Part shown: piece by piece, positions 17,470 through 26,754 of the stretch | Numbering within the stretch: the first letter of the stretch is position 1 | Layout of the letters: each line of letters begins with the position of its first letter | Origin: a virus | Virus record (IMG/VR): IMGVR_UViG_3300021961_011210 | Span: 1 to 64,000 of that record | Direction: 5' to 3' (one strand) | Length of the DNA: 64,000 nt | Made by a program: the position numbers and the translations under genes | Notes under the pieces: model-generated | What the model saw: the letters and a program-made list of their open reading frames with translations, nothing else | Told to the model about the DNA's origin: nothing | The model's database searches: none

Positions 17470-18591
17470 GTGAAAAAGATTGTACGCCTTACTGAATCTG
17501 ATTTAGAAAAAATAATTAGAAGAGTATTAGAAGAACAACAGGAAAACCCAAATGTCAATTTTGTGGATGTTATTGGAGGAATCTTAAAAATCGAAGGTTC
17601 ATCTTTATTTTGGGCTCAAGACGAAAAAAGTCCTTACACAAAAATTTGGGATGAAAATGCGGTTTTTTCGTTCAAGGTTGACAAAACTCAAGGAAGGTAT
17701 GAACCAACAGGTTACTTTGGTTTGCAAGAAAAAATTTTTAGTCCTGATGGGTATACACGAACATATACATGGTCGAGTATGAAGTCTCTTGGAATTAATC
17801 CAAGAGGTGATAAATGGCAACGCCAAATCAACGATCAATCAATTTTATGTTATACTTTGACTACTAATAACGAAGTAAGTGGTACTGCAGTTTCAATTAT
17901 TGAGATGACAAATCGGCAGGTGAAAGAACAAACTGAGCTTTCTAGATTTGGGGCTTACAATGGAAAAAAATTAGAAAGAAGTCGTGAAGGTAATTTAGTT
18001 TGGGGTCAAACTTATGTTAGAATTGGTAGAAATAGAAATTTAGTTGTCGTAAAACTTTCGGGGAAATCTATATCAGGACAACCAGAGAGTATTCCAACAA
18101 TTCCACCAAAAAAAATAAAGCTAACTTTACCATTGGTGGATTCATTTTTGTTTGACACAATTGAGTTTGTAAATGATTCAGAAGCAAATCAAAAAATTAT
18201 GGATTTTGTAAATGATTTGAAAAAATACGATGAAATGTATCCCCAAACGTTTAGAAATCATGTAAAACAGTCAAAACCCGTTGTTTATGGTTATGCCTCT
18301 ATAGATGCCGATCCGAACGAATCTATAACAGGAAAATTCCAACCTTGCCGAGGTGAATCAACAAGAGGTGAGTATAACAAATGTCTATCGCAGCACAGAG
18401 CAGACAAACTTGCTGAAATTTTGAACAGTAACTTATCAGATGTAGAAATGAATGTATTTGAGGGTGTAGGTGTTGGTGAAACTGATAAATTTGCGAAAGG
18501 AATGAAGTGGCCTCAAGTAACTGATAACACAAAGACTGCACCTAACAGAAGGGTAGAAACTGTTATTGATGAATTTACTTTTGTTGAATAA
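17470..18591 (+). CDS. MKKIVRLTE-leader protein with C-terminal OmpA-like (PG-binding) domain
   Basis: true start GTG 17470 after TATTTAT; VYGYAS...YNKCLSQHRA...GVGET...NRRVE. Confidence 0.7.
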   Translation: MKKIVRLTESDLEKIIRRVLEEQQENPNVNFVDVIGGILKIEGSSLFWAQDEKSPYTKIWDENAVFSFKVDKTQGRYEPTGYFGLQEKIFSPDGYTRTYTWSSMKSLGINPRGDKWQRQINDQSILCYTLTTNNEVSGTAVSIIEMTNRQVKEQTELSRFGAYNGKKLERSREGNLVWGQTYVRIGRNRNLVVVKLSGKSISGQPESIPTIPPKKIKLTLPLVDSFLFDTIEFVNDSEANQKIMDFVNDLKKYDEMYPQTFRNHVKQSKPVVYGYASIDADPNESITGKFQPCRGESTRGEYNKCLSQHRADKLAEILNSNLSDVEMNVFEGVGVGETDKFAKGMKWPQVTDNTKTAPNRRVETVIDEFTFVE

Positions 18592-18596
18592 ATAAA

Positions 18597-19007
18597 TCAA
18601 CGAATAGACAATACTTTTGAGTCTTCTTTAGTGTAGAAAACAATAGTTTTACCTTTTAATTTACGATTCATTTTACGGAAGATTTTATTTTCGTAAACCC
18701 AAAATTTGCAATCATCCACGAAGAACTCCCAAGAAGTCTCAGGTTGTAAGTTTGAGTTTTGCGGACCTGATAATACATCATACCCAAGACAAGACGCTAA
18801 TACTACTAAAAAATCTCTTTTGTTTGACTTGTTAAAATCACGAACAATGATATTTTTTGTAACGTCCAAACGTAGAGTATCCGCATCCAAAACAGTGTTA
18901 CTGTCAATTGTATAAGGACATGACGTAATATCAACTGTCTGACTTTTCAATACAATGCTCTGTGAACAGATTAGAGCAAATACAAAGAATTTTTTAATGA
19001 GGTTCAT
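18597..19007 (-). CDS. secreted hypothetical protein
   Basis: signal peptide ending LKS|Q; TATATTTG at 19028-19035. Confidence 0.65.
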   Translation of the reverse strand: MNLIKKFFVFALICSQSIVLKSQTVDITSCPYTIDSNTVLDADTLRLDVTKNIIVRDFNKSNKRDFLVVLASCLGYDVLSGPQNSNLQPETSWEFFVDDCKFWVYENKIFRKMNRKLKGKTIVFYTKEDSKVLSIR

Positions 19008-19088
19008 GTGTATGGTTGTTTAGATTACAAATATACATAATATTTTCTATTTAACCAAATAGTTGGTATTTATATTTAAAATGTATAC

Positions 19089-20378
19089 ATGAAAAAAGTC
19101 GTCCGTTTAACTGAATCTGATTTAGAAAATATAGTTTTGAGAGTAATAAAATCACGTATCGATGAGCAAATGATAAGTGCAGGAGTCATCGACAGACCAG
19201 ATTTGAATCGTACTTATTCTACTTCGAAAGAAGATTTCAAGAAATTCGAAGCTGTTTTGGCAACAAGAGCTAAAGATAAATCGGAAGTTATTCAGCGTTA
19301 TGAATCGCAGGGTTACAAAAAAGATGAAAGTTTTACTCCTTTGGCTTTGCAATTGTATGCGCTTAGTAGTTCGGTGATGTCGTTAAAAAGAAACCCTGAA
19401 ACCAAAATTATGAGTTTGGAACCAGGGGAATCCTATAAAAAATATGAATCTTCTTTAAAAAAATTGGAATCTATGATGGATGAAGTTTCTTTGAAAGTAT
19501 GGGAGACCACTAAAGAGGTGAATCCAGCTTTTTATTTATTCATCTTTCGTAAAAGTGAGGATATATTAGGTTTATTATCTTCTGTACGTAAAAAAACTAG
19601 AAGTATTATTGTTGACAATTCAAAAACCATCCAAGATGTACCAAAAACTCCCGAGGAGGTTGAAGTACCAAGTTTAGCTTTTACTGATACAGATGTAAAT
19701 TTTGATAATAAATTTGCCACAGGTTCACCAAATCTTAAGTCAGAATACATCCAAGGATTTACACAATCTTTATCGAAAATGATGAAAGACACCAAAGATT
19801 TATTGATTAAAAATAATACAAATCCTGCTGTTAGTTTTCCTGGTAGAATTTATATCTCTGAAATAATAATCAAATCTTCATCATCTAAAGTTCCACAAAG
19901 TAAATTACCTGCTCCTTATACTACTGATCCAAACAACCCACAAGATACAACAGGGTTTTTAAACTTGTCAAAGGATAGGGCTGAATCTATGAAAAAATTG
20001 GTGGAAAAGTTTATCTCCGATAATTCAAGGATGGTATTTACAGATGAAAAAACAAAAATGGAGGTAGATTTCAAAGGGAAAAATGGAGATGGTACTTCTG
20101 GTATTCCATGGGACAAATCCAAAGGTTCACAAGATCCTGCTTATTTGGAGGCCCAATATGCCAACATTTATATTAAGTTTACTGTACAACCTAAAATCGA
20201 CACTACTCCCGAATCAACACCTGAACCTATTGAGACTAACGGATATGTTTTGAAAATTTCAGGTGAAAGAAGAGGTAAATTTTACATAGACTTCAACTTT
20301 ACACCACCTAATATGTCAATCGGAGGGTTTAAAGGATTTTCAGGTGGTGATGTATTATGTGACGCATACAAAGGATGA
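19089..20378 (+). CDS. MKKVVRLTE-leader protein with degenerate OmpA-like domain
   Basis: leader nearly identical to 17470; F.TG....L...IKSSSS...LSKDRAESMK. Confidence 0.55.
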   Translation: MKKVVRLTESDLENIVLRVIKSRIDEQMISAGVIDRPDLNRTYSTSKEDFKKFEAVLATRAKDKSEVIQRYESQGYKKDESFTPLALQLYALSSSVMSLKRNPETKIMSLEPGESYKKYESSLKKLESMMDEVSLKVWETTKEVNPAFYLFIFRKSEDILGLLSSVRKKTRSIIVDNSKTIQDVPKTPEEVEVPSLAFTDTDVNFDNKFATGSPNLKSEYIQGFTQSLSKMMKDTKDLLIKNNTNPAVSFPGRIYISEIIIKSSSSKVPQSKLPAPYTTDPNNPQDTTGFLNLSKDRAESMKKLVEKFISDNSRMVFTDEKTKMEVDFKGKNGDGTSGIPWDKSKGSQDPAYLEAQYANIYIKFTVQPKIDTTPESTPEPIETNGYVLKISGERRGKFYIDFNFTPPNMSIGGFKGFSGGDVLCDAYKG

Positions 20379-21457
20379 TGAACAAAACCCAAGACATATT
20401 ACGTATAAAAAAATTAATGCTCCTCAAAGAAAATAGTGAGGAAAAAAATCCTGTTGATTTACTTTGGGATTATATTAACCAAGTGGATGGTGTTGAATAT
20501 GAACCTATTCCTAGTGAAAATATAAAGTATAATAAAAGGGAGGGGTATTTTTATTTTAATTTCTACGATTTTAAAGATTATTTGGAGTATTTTTTTCCCG
20601 AGTCAAACTCAGAGGATACTTTAAGTCATTGGGAATGGGCACTAAACGATCCGAGAGGGTATTTTAGAGATGAAGATAGAGATTCAGAATTTGAATCTGA
20701 AGATTATTATTTTAATTCTTTACCAAATTCTACCAAAAAAGAATTAGTTGAGTACGTCAGAGACAATTTTGGTTTATTTTTAGAAATGGAAAATGAAAAT
20801 TTACCTATGCAGATACAAGACTTATTTGCGGCATTGGGATTAGATGAAGATTGGGTTTATGCGTATGACAGTTCCACACATGAGGCTCACTTGGTAAATT
20901 TTGAATCTGATTTTTACAAAAATAATTGTGAAAGATTAGAAAAAATTGGTTTAGAAAAGATTTTATGTTTTGAACAATATCGTATCCGTCCTGAGCAATT
21001 GTTGATTATGTACTCAACTTTGGGGAATGACAAATTGAACTATGATGAAGTAATTCAAAGTTATTTAGAAAAAAAGAGAATTAGTGATGGTTTACCTGAG
21101 TATCCTTATGAATTTTTTTGGGAAAGTTGGGATGAAAAAACATTTCAAACCCTCTATAAGTCTGAATTCAATTATGTATTTAATAAATTCAAAAAATCTA
21201 TTGAAGAATTTGACACGAAAGAAAAGAAAAAATTCGGGACAATTTTCAAAAAAGTCGAAAAACTAGGTGGTTGGAATATGTGGATAGATACGGCGAATGG
21301 AGATAAGATTATGTTTGTTGATTACGATCCAACCACTAAAGAAATTGGGTATAGATTTAGAGATAAAACAAAATCAACCTGGCAAGCATCAGGTGGTAAG
21401 ACAAAAGATTTCCAAATGTTAGTCGATAAAATTAACAATTTAGAGTTAGAATTTTAA
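20375..21457 (+). CDS. hypothetical protein with DILRIKKLM leader
   Basis: ORF 360 aa coupled to upstream gene. Confidence 0.65.
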   Translation: MMNKTQDILRIKKLMLLKENSEEKNPVDLLWDYINQVDGVEYEPIPSENIKYNKREGYFYFNFYDFKDYLEYFFPESNSEDTLSHWEWALNDPRGYFRDEDRDSEFESEDYYFNSLPNSTKKELVEYVRDNFGLFLEMENENLPMQIQDLFAALGLDEDWVYAYDSSTHEAHLVNFESDFYKNNCERLEKIGLEKILCFEQYRIRPEQLLIMYSTLGNDKLNYDEVIQSYLEKKRISDGLPEYPYEFFWESWDEKTFQTLYKSEFNYVFNKFKKSIEEFDTKEKKKFGTIFKKVEKLGGWNMWIDTANGDKIMFVDYDPTTKEIGYRFRDKTKSTWQASGGKTKDFQMLVDKINNLELEF

Positions 21458-22506
21458 TCTTCAAAATAAGTTTTGAGAATTTCATAGAATTCTTTAGCGT
21501 CATCATAACTCATCACAATATTGTCGTTTGTATAAGAATCTTCTAAAGTGAAACCAAAATCACTTTCTTTAATCACCAAGTCTGAAATATTGTAAACAAA
21601 TTCTTCATAGTGAAATTCTTCATCGTCTGAATAGTCCCATGGAGGTGTGATATATTTGAGATTTGATGAATCATACTTTTGATTAATAAAAGGTACTTTT
21701 TGAAATCCAAGTGTATTATAAACTTTCTCGGCTAATTTTATCGCAGAGTCAACATCACTAATTACAACAAACTCTTTGTTGGTGTGCATGTTGTAATATC
21801 CACAAGAGAAATTTATACAAGAAAAATCACCTTTCATCTTCAGTTGAGAAACATCAGTATATGGGTGTGATTGTTCCATGGGTAAAAACCCAAAGACAGA
21901 TTTATAAATATTTCTAATTGTTTTGATAAAATCACCATCTTTTTCATACAATCGAACTCCCGAGCAAATTTCGGTGACTAAGTGATCACCAGGAGCATCG
22001 AATTGTACTGCATAACCAACATCAGATAAAAAATTCAAATCACATCTAGAGGAACCGTGACAACCAGTCTCCTCGGAAACAAAAAACGCAACCTTTATTG
22101 TTGGTAAATTTCTCAGTAATTCGAGACAAATGAAAATACCAGCCTTATCGTCACCACCGATACCAGTCTCTAAACCTTCAGTTGTATATGCCTTTAGAGA
22201 ACGGTGAGAAAAATCATCGAAAGATTTTCCAAATGTTGTTGGTTTATAAAGATATTCTTCTTTTACAACAATTTCATCAATCAGGGAGTGAACGGTATCG
22301 GTATGTGACAAAAACAATGGGTAATATTCCCCTTCGGAAATGGAACCTTTTGTTGCGTAGATATTGTTGATGGAGTCCCTGAAAAAGGTAACCCCTTCAA
22401 TTGTTTCCAAAACATCACAAATGTGTTCTACCATTTTTTCTTCCGAGTAAGTTTTACTCGGTACGGATAGAAGTTTTTTGAATCGTTCAAGTTGTATTGG
22501 TTCCAT
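21454..22506 (-). CDS. M20/M28-family zinc peptidase
   Basis: SHTDTVH, GGDDKAG, SEETGC.GS, QFD, YYNMHT..E. Confidence 0.85.
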   Translation of the reverse strand: MEPIQLERFKKLLSVPSKTYSEEKMVEHICDVLETIEGVTFFRDSINNIYATKGSISEGEYYPLFLSHTDTVHSLIDEIVVKEEYLYKPTTFGKSFDDFSHRSLKAYTTEGLETGIGGDDKAGIFICLELLRNLPTIKVAFFVSEETGCHGSSRCDLNFLSDVGYAVQFDAPGDHLVTEICSGVRLYEKDGDFIKTIRNIYKSVFGFLPMEQSHPYTDVSQLKMKGDFSCINFSCGYYNMHTNKEFVVISDVDSAIKLAEKVYNTLGFQKVPFINQKYDSSNLKYITPPWDYSDDEEFHYEEFVYNISDLVIKESDFGFTLEDSYTNDNIVMSYDDAKEFYEILKTYFED

Positions 22507-22549
22507 TTGTCTGTTTTGAATTACAAAATTACAAATTTTTTTTCTAATA

Positions 22550-22572
22550 AAAAAGGGGATTATTCATCCCCT
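22550..22572 (-). terminator. intrinsic terminator at end of clpC
   Basis: AAGGGGAT/ATCCCCTT stem with U-tract on minus strand. Confidence 0.6.
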
Positions 22573-24581
22573 TCAATTAAAACCACTTTTTTATCTACAA
22601 AATCCAAAGTGTATGGAGTTTCGGGTATTATATTTTTTTTCAAAACTTCTTCTGAAATGAAATCTTCAATTTTTTCTTGTATTGCTCGTTTGATTGGACG
22701 AGCTCCGAACTTATCGTCAAAACCCTCTTTACCTATCATTGTTTTTACACTGTCAGTAACGAAAATTTCGTATTTCATTTCCTTGAGACGTTGTACCAAT
22801 TTATTGATTTCAATATCAACAATTTGAGTGATTTCATTTTCCTTGAGGGAGTTAAATACTACTACGTCGTCGATACGGTTTAAAAACTCCGGAGTGAAAT
22901 AATTTTTGAGTTCTTTTTGCAGAAGTCTATTACGTGTTTCGTCTTTGTCATTTTCTTTAGCCACTGTATCGAACCCTACTCCAGTCCCAAAGTCCTGTAG
23001 TTTTTTGACTCCCAAGTTAGATGTCATGATAACCAAAGTATTTTTGAAGTTAATCTTCCTTCCCATACTGTCGGTTAAGTGCCCATCGTCCAAAACTTGA
23101 AGTAGAAGTGAGAAGATATCACGGTTTGCCTTTTCAATTTCATCAAAAAGCACTACTGAATACGGTTTGTTTTTTACCGCCTCGGTGAGTTGTCCGCCTT
23201 CTCCGTGTCCGATGTATCCGGGAGGTGAACCAATCAAACGACTCATTGAGTGTTTTTCTTGATACTCAGACATATCTACACGAATGAGTGCGTTTTCATC
23301 TCCGAAAATTTCCTTTGCAAGTTGTTTTGCTAAGTGTGTTTTACCAACACCGGTAGAACCTAAGAAAACAAATGAACCAATTGGACGATTTGGATCTTTG
23401 ATACCTACACGGTTTCGTCGGATAGACTTAGAAATTTTACTAACAGCCTCCTGTTGTCCAATGACTTTTTTGTTTAGATTGGTTTCCAAGTTAAGTAAGG
23501 ATTCACTTTCATCAACGGTTAGTTTAGTTAAAGGGATTTTAGTCATCGAAGAAACTACTTCGTAAACGTGGTCTTCTGTAACCAAACTACGGTTGGTATT
23601 TGAATCCTCCTCGAACTTACGTTTTTCATCTTCGAGCTTTTTCAAAATTTTCTTTTCTTTATCACGAAGTTGAGCAGCCTCTTCATATTTTTGGCGTTTA
23701 ACCACCAACAATTTTTCTTCTTTGATGTTGAGAGCTTCTTGTTTCAATTTTTCGATAATTTCAGGTAACTTCATGTTAACCTGACTACGAGCACCGACTT
23801 CATCCATGATGTCAATCGCTTTATCGGGAAATCCACGATCAGTAATATAACGATCCGCCAATGTTACACAGAGTTTAAGAGACTCATCACTATATAGAAC
23901 TTTGTGATGGGATTCATATTTGTCTTTGATTTGTAAAAGAATTTCGAAGGTTTCTTCAGGTGTAGTTTGATCTACAAAGACTTTTTGGAATCGACGTTCT
24001 AATGCACCATCTTTTTCAATATGTTCACGGTATTCGTCCAAAGTAGTGGCACCAACACATTGGAGTTCACCTCGTGCAAGTGCGGGTTTGAATATGTTTG
24101 ATGCATCTAATGAACCTGATGAGTTACCTGCTCCAATTATGGTGTGAATTTCATCAATAAACACAATAATGTCACGATTTTCTTGTAGTTCATCCAAAAT
24201 AACTTTCAAACGTTCTTCAAATTGTCCACGGTATTTTGTACCTGCCACGATTGATGTCATATCCAAAGATACGATACGTTTATCTGCAAGATTTTGAGGA
24301 CAGTCCCCTTGGAATATTTTCATTGCTAGCCCTTCAATGATGGCGGTTTTTCCTGAACCAGGTTCTCCAATAATGATTGGGTTATTTTTTTTCCGACGAG
24401 ATAGGATTTGTGCTATTCGGTTGATTTCTTGCTCCCTACCTATGACGGGGTCCAATTTTCCTTGTTCTGCTAATCTAATCAAGTCTCTTGAAAAATTATC
24501 CAAAACAGGTGTTGAGGAATTTATAGTTTCCGAACGATTCTTACGAGAACCTTTTTCGTTGGGATCTGCCGATTCAATCAT
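22560..24581 (-). CDS. clpC: ClpC-type AAA+ ATPase lacking the Clp N-domain
   Basis: [17 protein letters not shown]-type M-domain [22 protein letters not shown] ClpP-docking loop; start MIESAD (24581) follows TACCTTTG promoter. Confidence 0.9.
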   Translation of the reverse strand: MIESADPNEKGSRKNRSETINSSTPVLDNFSRDLIRLAEQGKLDPVIGREQEINRIAQILSRRKKNNPIIIGEPGSGKTAIIEGLAMKIFQGDCPQNLADKRIVSLDMTSIVAGTKYRGQFEERLKVILDELQENRDIIVFIDEIHTIIGAGNSSGSLDASNIFKPALARGELQCVGATTLDEYREHIEKDGALERRFQKVFVDQTTPEETFEILLQIKDKYESHHKVLYSDESLKLCVTLADRYITDRGFPDKAIDIMDEVGARSQVNMKLPEIIEKLKQEALNIKEEKLLVVKRQKYEEAAQLRDKEKKILKKLEDEKRKFEEDSNTNRSLVTEDHVYEVVSSMTKIPLTKLTVDESESLLNLETNLNKKVIGQQEAVSKISKSIRRNRVGIKDPNRPIGSFVFLGSTGVGKTHLAKQLAKEIFGDENALIRVDMSEYQEKHSMSRLIGSPPGYIGHGEGGQLTEAVKNKPYSVVLFDEIEKANRDIFSLLLQVLDDGHLTDSMGRKINFKNTLVIMTSNLGVKKLQDFGTGVGFDTVAKENDKDETRNRLLQKELKNYFTPEFLNRIDDVVVFNSLKENEITQIVDIEINKLVQRLKEMKYEIFVTDSVKTMIGKEGFDDKFGARPIKRAIQEKIEDFISEEVLKKNIIPETPYTLDFVDKKVVLIEGDE

Positions 24582-24635
24582 GTTTCTAATATTTGTTTTA
24601 CAAAGGTAATAAAAATTATGTAACAAACAACTATT

Positions 24636-24694
24636 TGACAAACTGTCATACTTTTTTATATTTTGGAAATTCCTATATGACAAAATGTCATATA
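24636..24694. promoter_or_regulatory. two TGACA-N3-TGTCA palindromes
   Basis: TGACAAACTGTCA 24636-24648 and TATATGACAAAATGTCATATA 24674-24694. Confidence 0.6.
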
Positions 24695-24712
24695 TAATCA
24701 AATAATTTGTTT

Positions 24713-24728
24713 TGGCATATTTTTGGCA
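24713..24728 (+). promoter_or_regulatory. putative sigma-54 (-24/-12) promoter for hsp20
   Basis: TGGCATATTTTTGGCA: GG-N10-GC spacing. Confidence 0.45.
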
Positions 24729-24766
24729 AATATAGGGAAAAATAAACATTAAAAAAAAATTAAGTT

Positions 24767-25135
24767 ATGTTTTTGTCAACACGTAGAAATTCATTGTTAG
24801 ATCACTTTTTCAATTCTTGGGAAGTACCAACCGTTACTTACAGTACTACAGGGAATTATTCAACTAAAAAAAATGAGTCGGGTTATAATTTTGAAATGAT
24901 TGTACCTGGCTCTAATAAAGAAAATGTTAAAGTAACTGTTGAGGGTGAATACTTAAAAATAAAATGTAAGTATGAATCTGATTTTCAGTCATACGATATT
25001 GATAAGAGTTTTTCCATACCTGAAGATGTTGAAACATCAAAAATCAAAGCAACTGTCGAAGATGGAATATTAAAAGTCAATCTCCCATTGATGAAGAAAA
25101 AAGAAAAAGAAAAAAACATTATAGAAGTTCTTTGA
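24767..25135 (+). CDS. small heat shock protein (Hsp20/alpha-crystallin)
   Basis: VPG..KENVKV.VEG..L.I; F.IPEDV....IKA..EDGILKV.LP; C-terminal IEV. Confidence 0.9.
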   Translation: MFLSTRRNSLLDHFFNSWEVPTVTYSTTGNYSTKKNESGYNFEMIVPGSNKENVKVTVEGEYLKIKCKYESDFQSYDIDKSFSIPEDVETSKIKATVEDGILKVNLPLMKKKEKEKNIIEVL

Positions 25136-25136
25136 T

Positions 25137-25161
25137 AAAAACCCCCATTTTTGGGGGTTTT
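25137..25161 (+). terminator. intrinsic terminator
   Basis: AAAACCCCCA-TTT-TGGGGGTTTT. Confidence 0.65.
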
Positions 25162-25176
25162 CTATATTTATAAACT

Positions 25177-25485
25177 ATGGAACCCTCTTGGTTAAAATTT
25201 TTAAATACTGTTTTGAAAGAAGACTTTCAGGTTTTGCTTCATGAGTATAGAAGACTCAGAGAAATGTTCCAAGAAAACAATATAGGAACGTCACAACTAG
25301 AGAAGGGTGTTGGAATGGATAATAACATGTACTTACAAAGAGACCTATTACTTAAGATGATAGAAAAGTTAAACAAAAACTTATATAAATATGGAATGTT
25401 GAGTGATGAGAACAAGGAAGAATTTTCTAATTACTTATTACACAAATTAAGTAAAATTGACATTGAAACCCCTTTAAAAGATTAA
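25177..25485 (+). CDS. hypothetical protein
   Basis: ORF 5 nt after TATTTAT. Confidence 0.7.
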   Translation: MEPSWLKFLNTVLKEDFQVLLHEYRRLREMFQENNIGTSQLEKGVGMDNNMYLQRDLLLKMIEKLNKNLYKYGMLSDENKEEFSNYLLHKLSKIDIETPLKD

Positions 25486-25489
25486 TATT

Positions 25490-25738
25490 ATGGCAGTAAA
25501 AAACGAAAAAATCGAAGGAACCAAAATCATCAATGAAATCGAGTCGTCAAATATCAAAAAAACTGTTTATGACACGTCTAATAAATCATTGATAGCGACA
25601 TTCAATAATGGTGCAGAGTACGAATACGAGAATGTACCTCATCAAATTTACACAAAGTTTAGAATTGCAGAATCCCAAGGAAAGTTTTTCAACACCGAAA
25701 TCTCAAAAAAATACAAATACAAAAAAATAGAAAAGTAA
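25490..25738 (+). CDS. KTSC domain protein
   Basis: ESSNI....YD....L...FNNG..YEY.NVP...Y..F..AES.GKFFN..I. Confidence 0.9.
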   Translation: MAVKNEKIEGTKIINEIESSNIKKTVYDTSNKSLIATFNNGAEYEYENVPHQIYTKFRIAESQGKFFNTEISKKYKYKKIEK

Positions 25739-25756
25739 CATACTATTTATATTGGT

Positions 25757-26506
25757 ATGACTGATTTTGCAAAAATACTATCGAGCTTTTATGTTCAAGA
25801 TTCTTTAAACCCTAAAATTTGGGTAAATCCAGAATCCACCGAGTCGAGTATGATACCCGAAGTTAAAGAAAAATTGTTGGAAATCGCCAATGAATTTGTA
25901 AATTTTCTTGGAGTTGAAATTTTTGTGCAAGACATACATATGACAGGATCATTGGCTAATTACAATTGGAGCGAATACTCAGACATTGATTTACATATTC
26001 TCTACGACTTCAATGAATCAGGTGATAAAAAAGAATTATTGGTTGAACTATTCAAACTAAAAAAAACATTATTTAATTCTACTCATAACATAAAAGTTCG
26101 TGGATTTGACGTAGAGATGTATGTACAAGACACCAAAGAATCCCATTTTTCTACCGGTGTGTATTCTGTGCTATTTGATGAATGGATTGCCACACCATCT
26201 AAAGATGAAGTTACTATTGATGAAGAAAAACTAAAATCTAAAGTTGACTCTTGGACTGACTTAATCGACACCACCATAGAGAATGTTGAGGATGATGAAC
26301 TTGATGATGCGATGTTAACTATCGACGGTATAAAAGATAAATTAAAGAAATATCGTTCGATTGGATTGGAAAATTTTGGAGAATATTCCTATGAAAATTT
26401 AACTTTTAAATTTTTGAGACGTAACGGGTATATTCAGAAATTATTTGATTTTACAAACGAGTTAATGGATAAGAGGTTGTCCTTGGAGCAAAATATTATT
26501 GAATAA
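25757..26506 (+). CDS. Pol-beta superfamily nucleotidyltransferase
   Basis: TGSLANYNW...SDIDLH, VEMYVQ, ENL.FK.LRR. Confidence 0.75.
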   Translation: MTDFAKILSSFYVQDSLNPKIWVNPESTESSMIPEVKEKLLEIANEFVNFLGVEIFVQDIHMTGSLANYNWSEYSDIDLHILYDFNESGDKKELLVELFKLKKTLFNSTHNIKVRGFDVEMYVQDTKESHFSTGVYSVLFDEWIATPSKDEVTIDEEKLKSKVDSWTDLIDTTIENVEDDELDDAMLTIDGIKDKLKKYRSIGLENFGEYSYENLTFKFLRRNGYIQKLFDFTNELMDKRLSLEQNIIE

Positions 26507-26572
26507 GAAACAATTGAGCCAAAAAAAAATACAAAAGAGATATTTCTGTATATTTATTTAATAAAAATTGTT

Positions 26573-26743
26573 ATGGCAGATCAGAACGTTGTAGGTTATT
26601 TACCTGGCTCAGGTGACACTTTAGGTGTCGTTGCAGAATTTTATAGCCCTCACCCAGTATGGACTGAAGGGGAAGACCCTTCACAAACTGTCACACAAGG
26701 AAATGCAATCACATTAGGTGGTTTTAACGGATTAAACAATTAA
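26573..26743 (+). CDS. small protein (56 aa, not in ORF track), probable virion component
   Basis: MADQNVVGYLPGSG...PHPVWT...LGGFNGLNN*; TATTTAT upstream. Confidence 0.7.
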   Translation: MADQNVVGYLPGSGDTLGVVAEFYSPHPVWTEGEDPSQTVTQGNAITLGGFNGLNN

Positions 26744-26754
26744 TTATAAAAAAA

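Noticed and set aside
24582-24749. N-terminal 56 aa of ClpC in the ORF track
   Set aside because: Low-complexity translation of the divergent promoter region; MIESAD at 24581 fits the promoter
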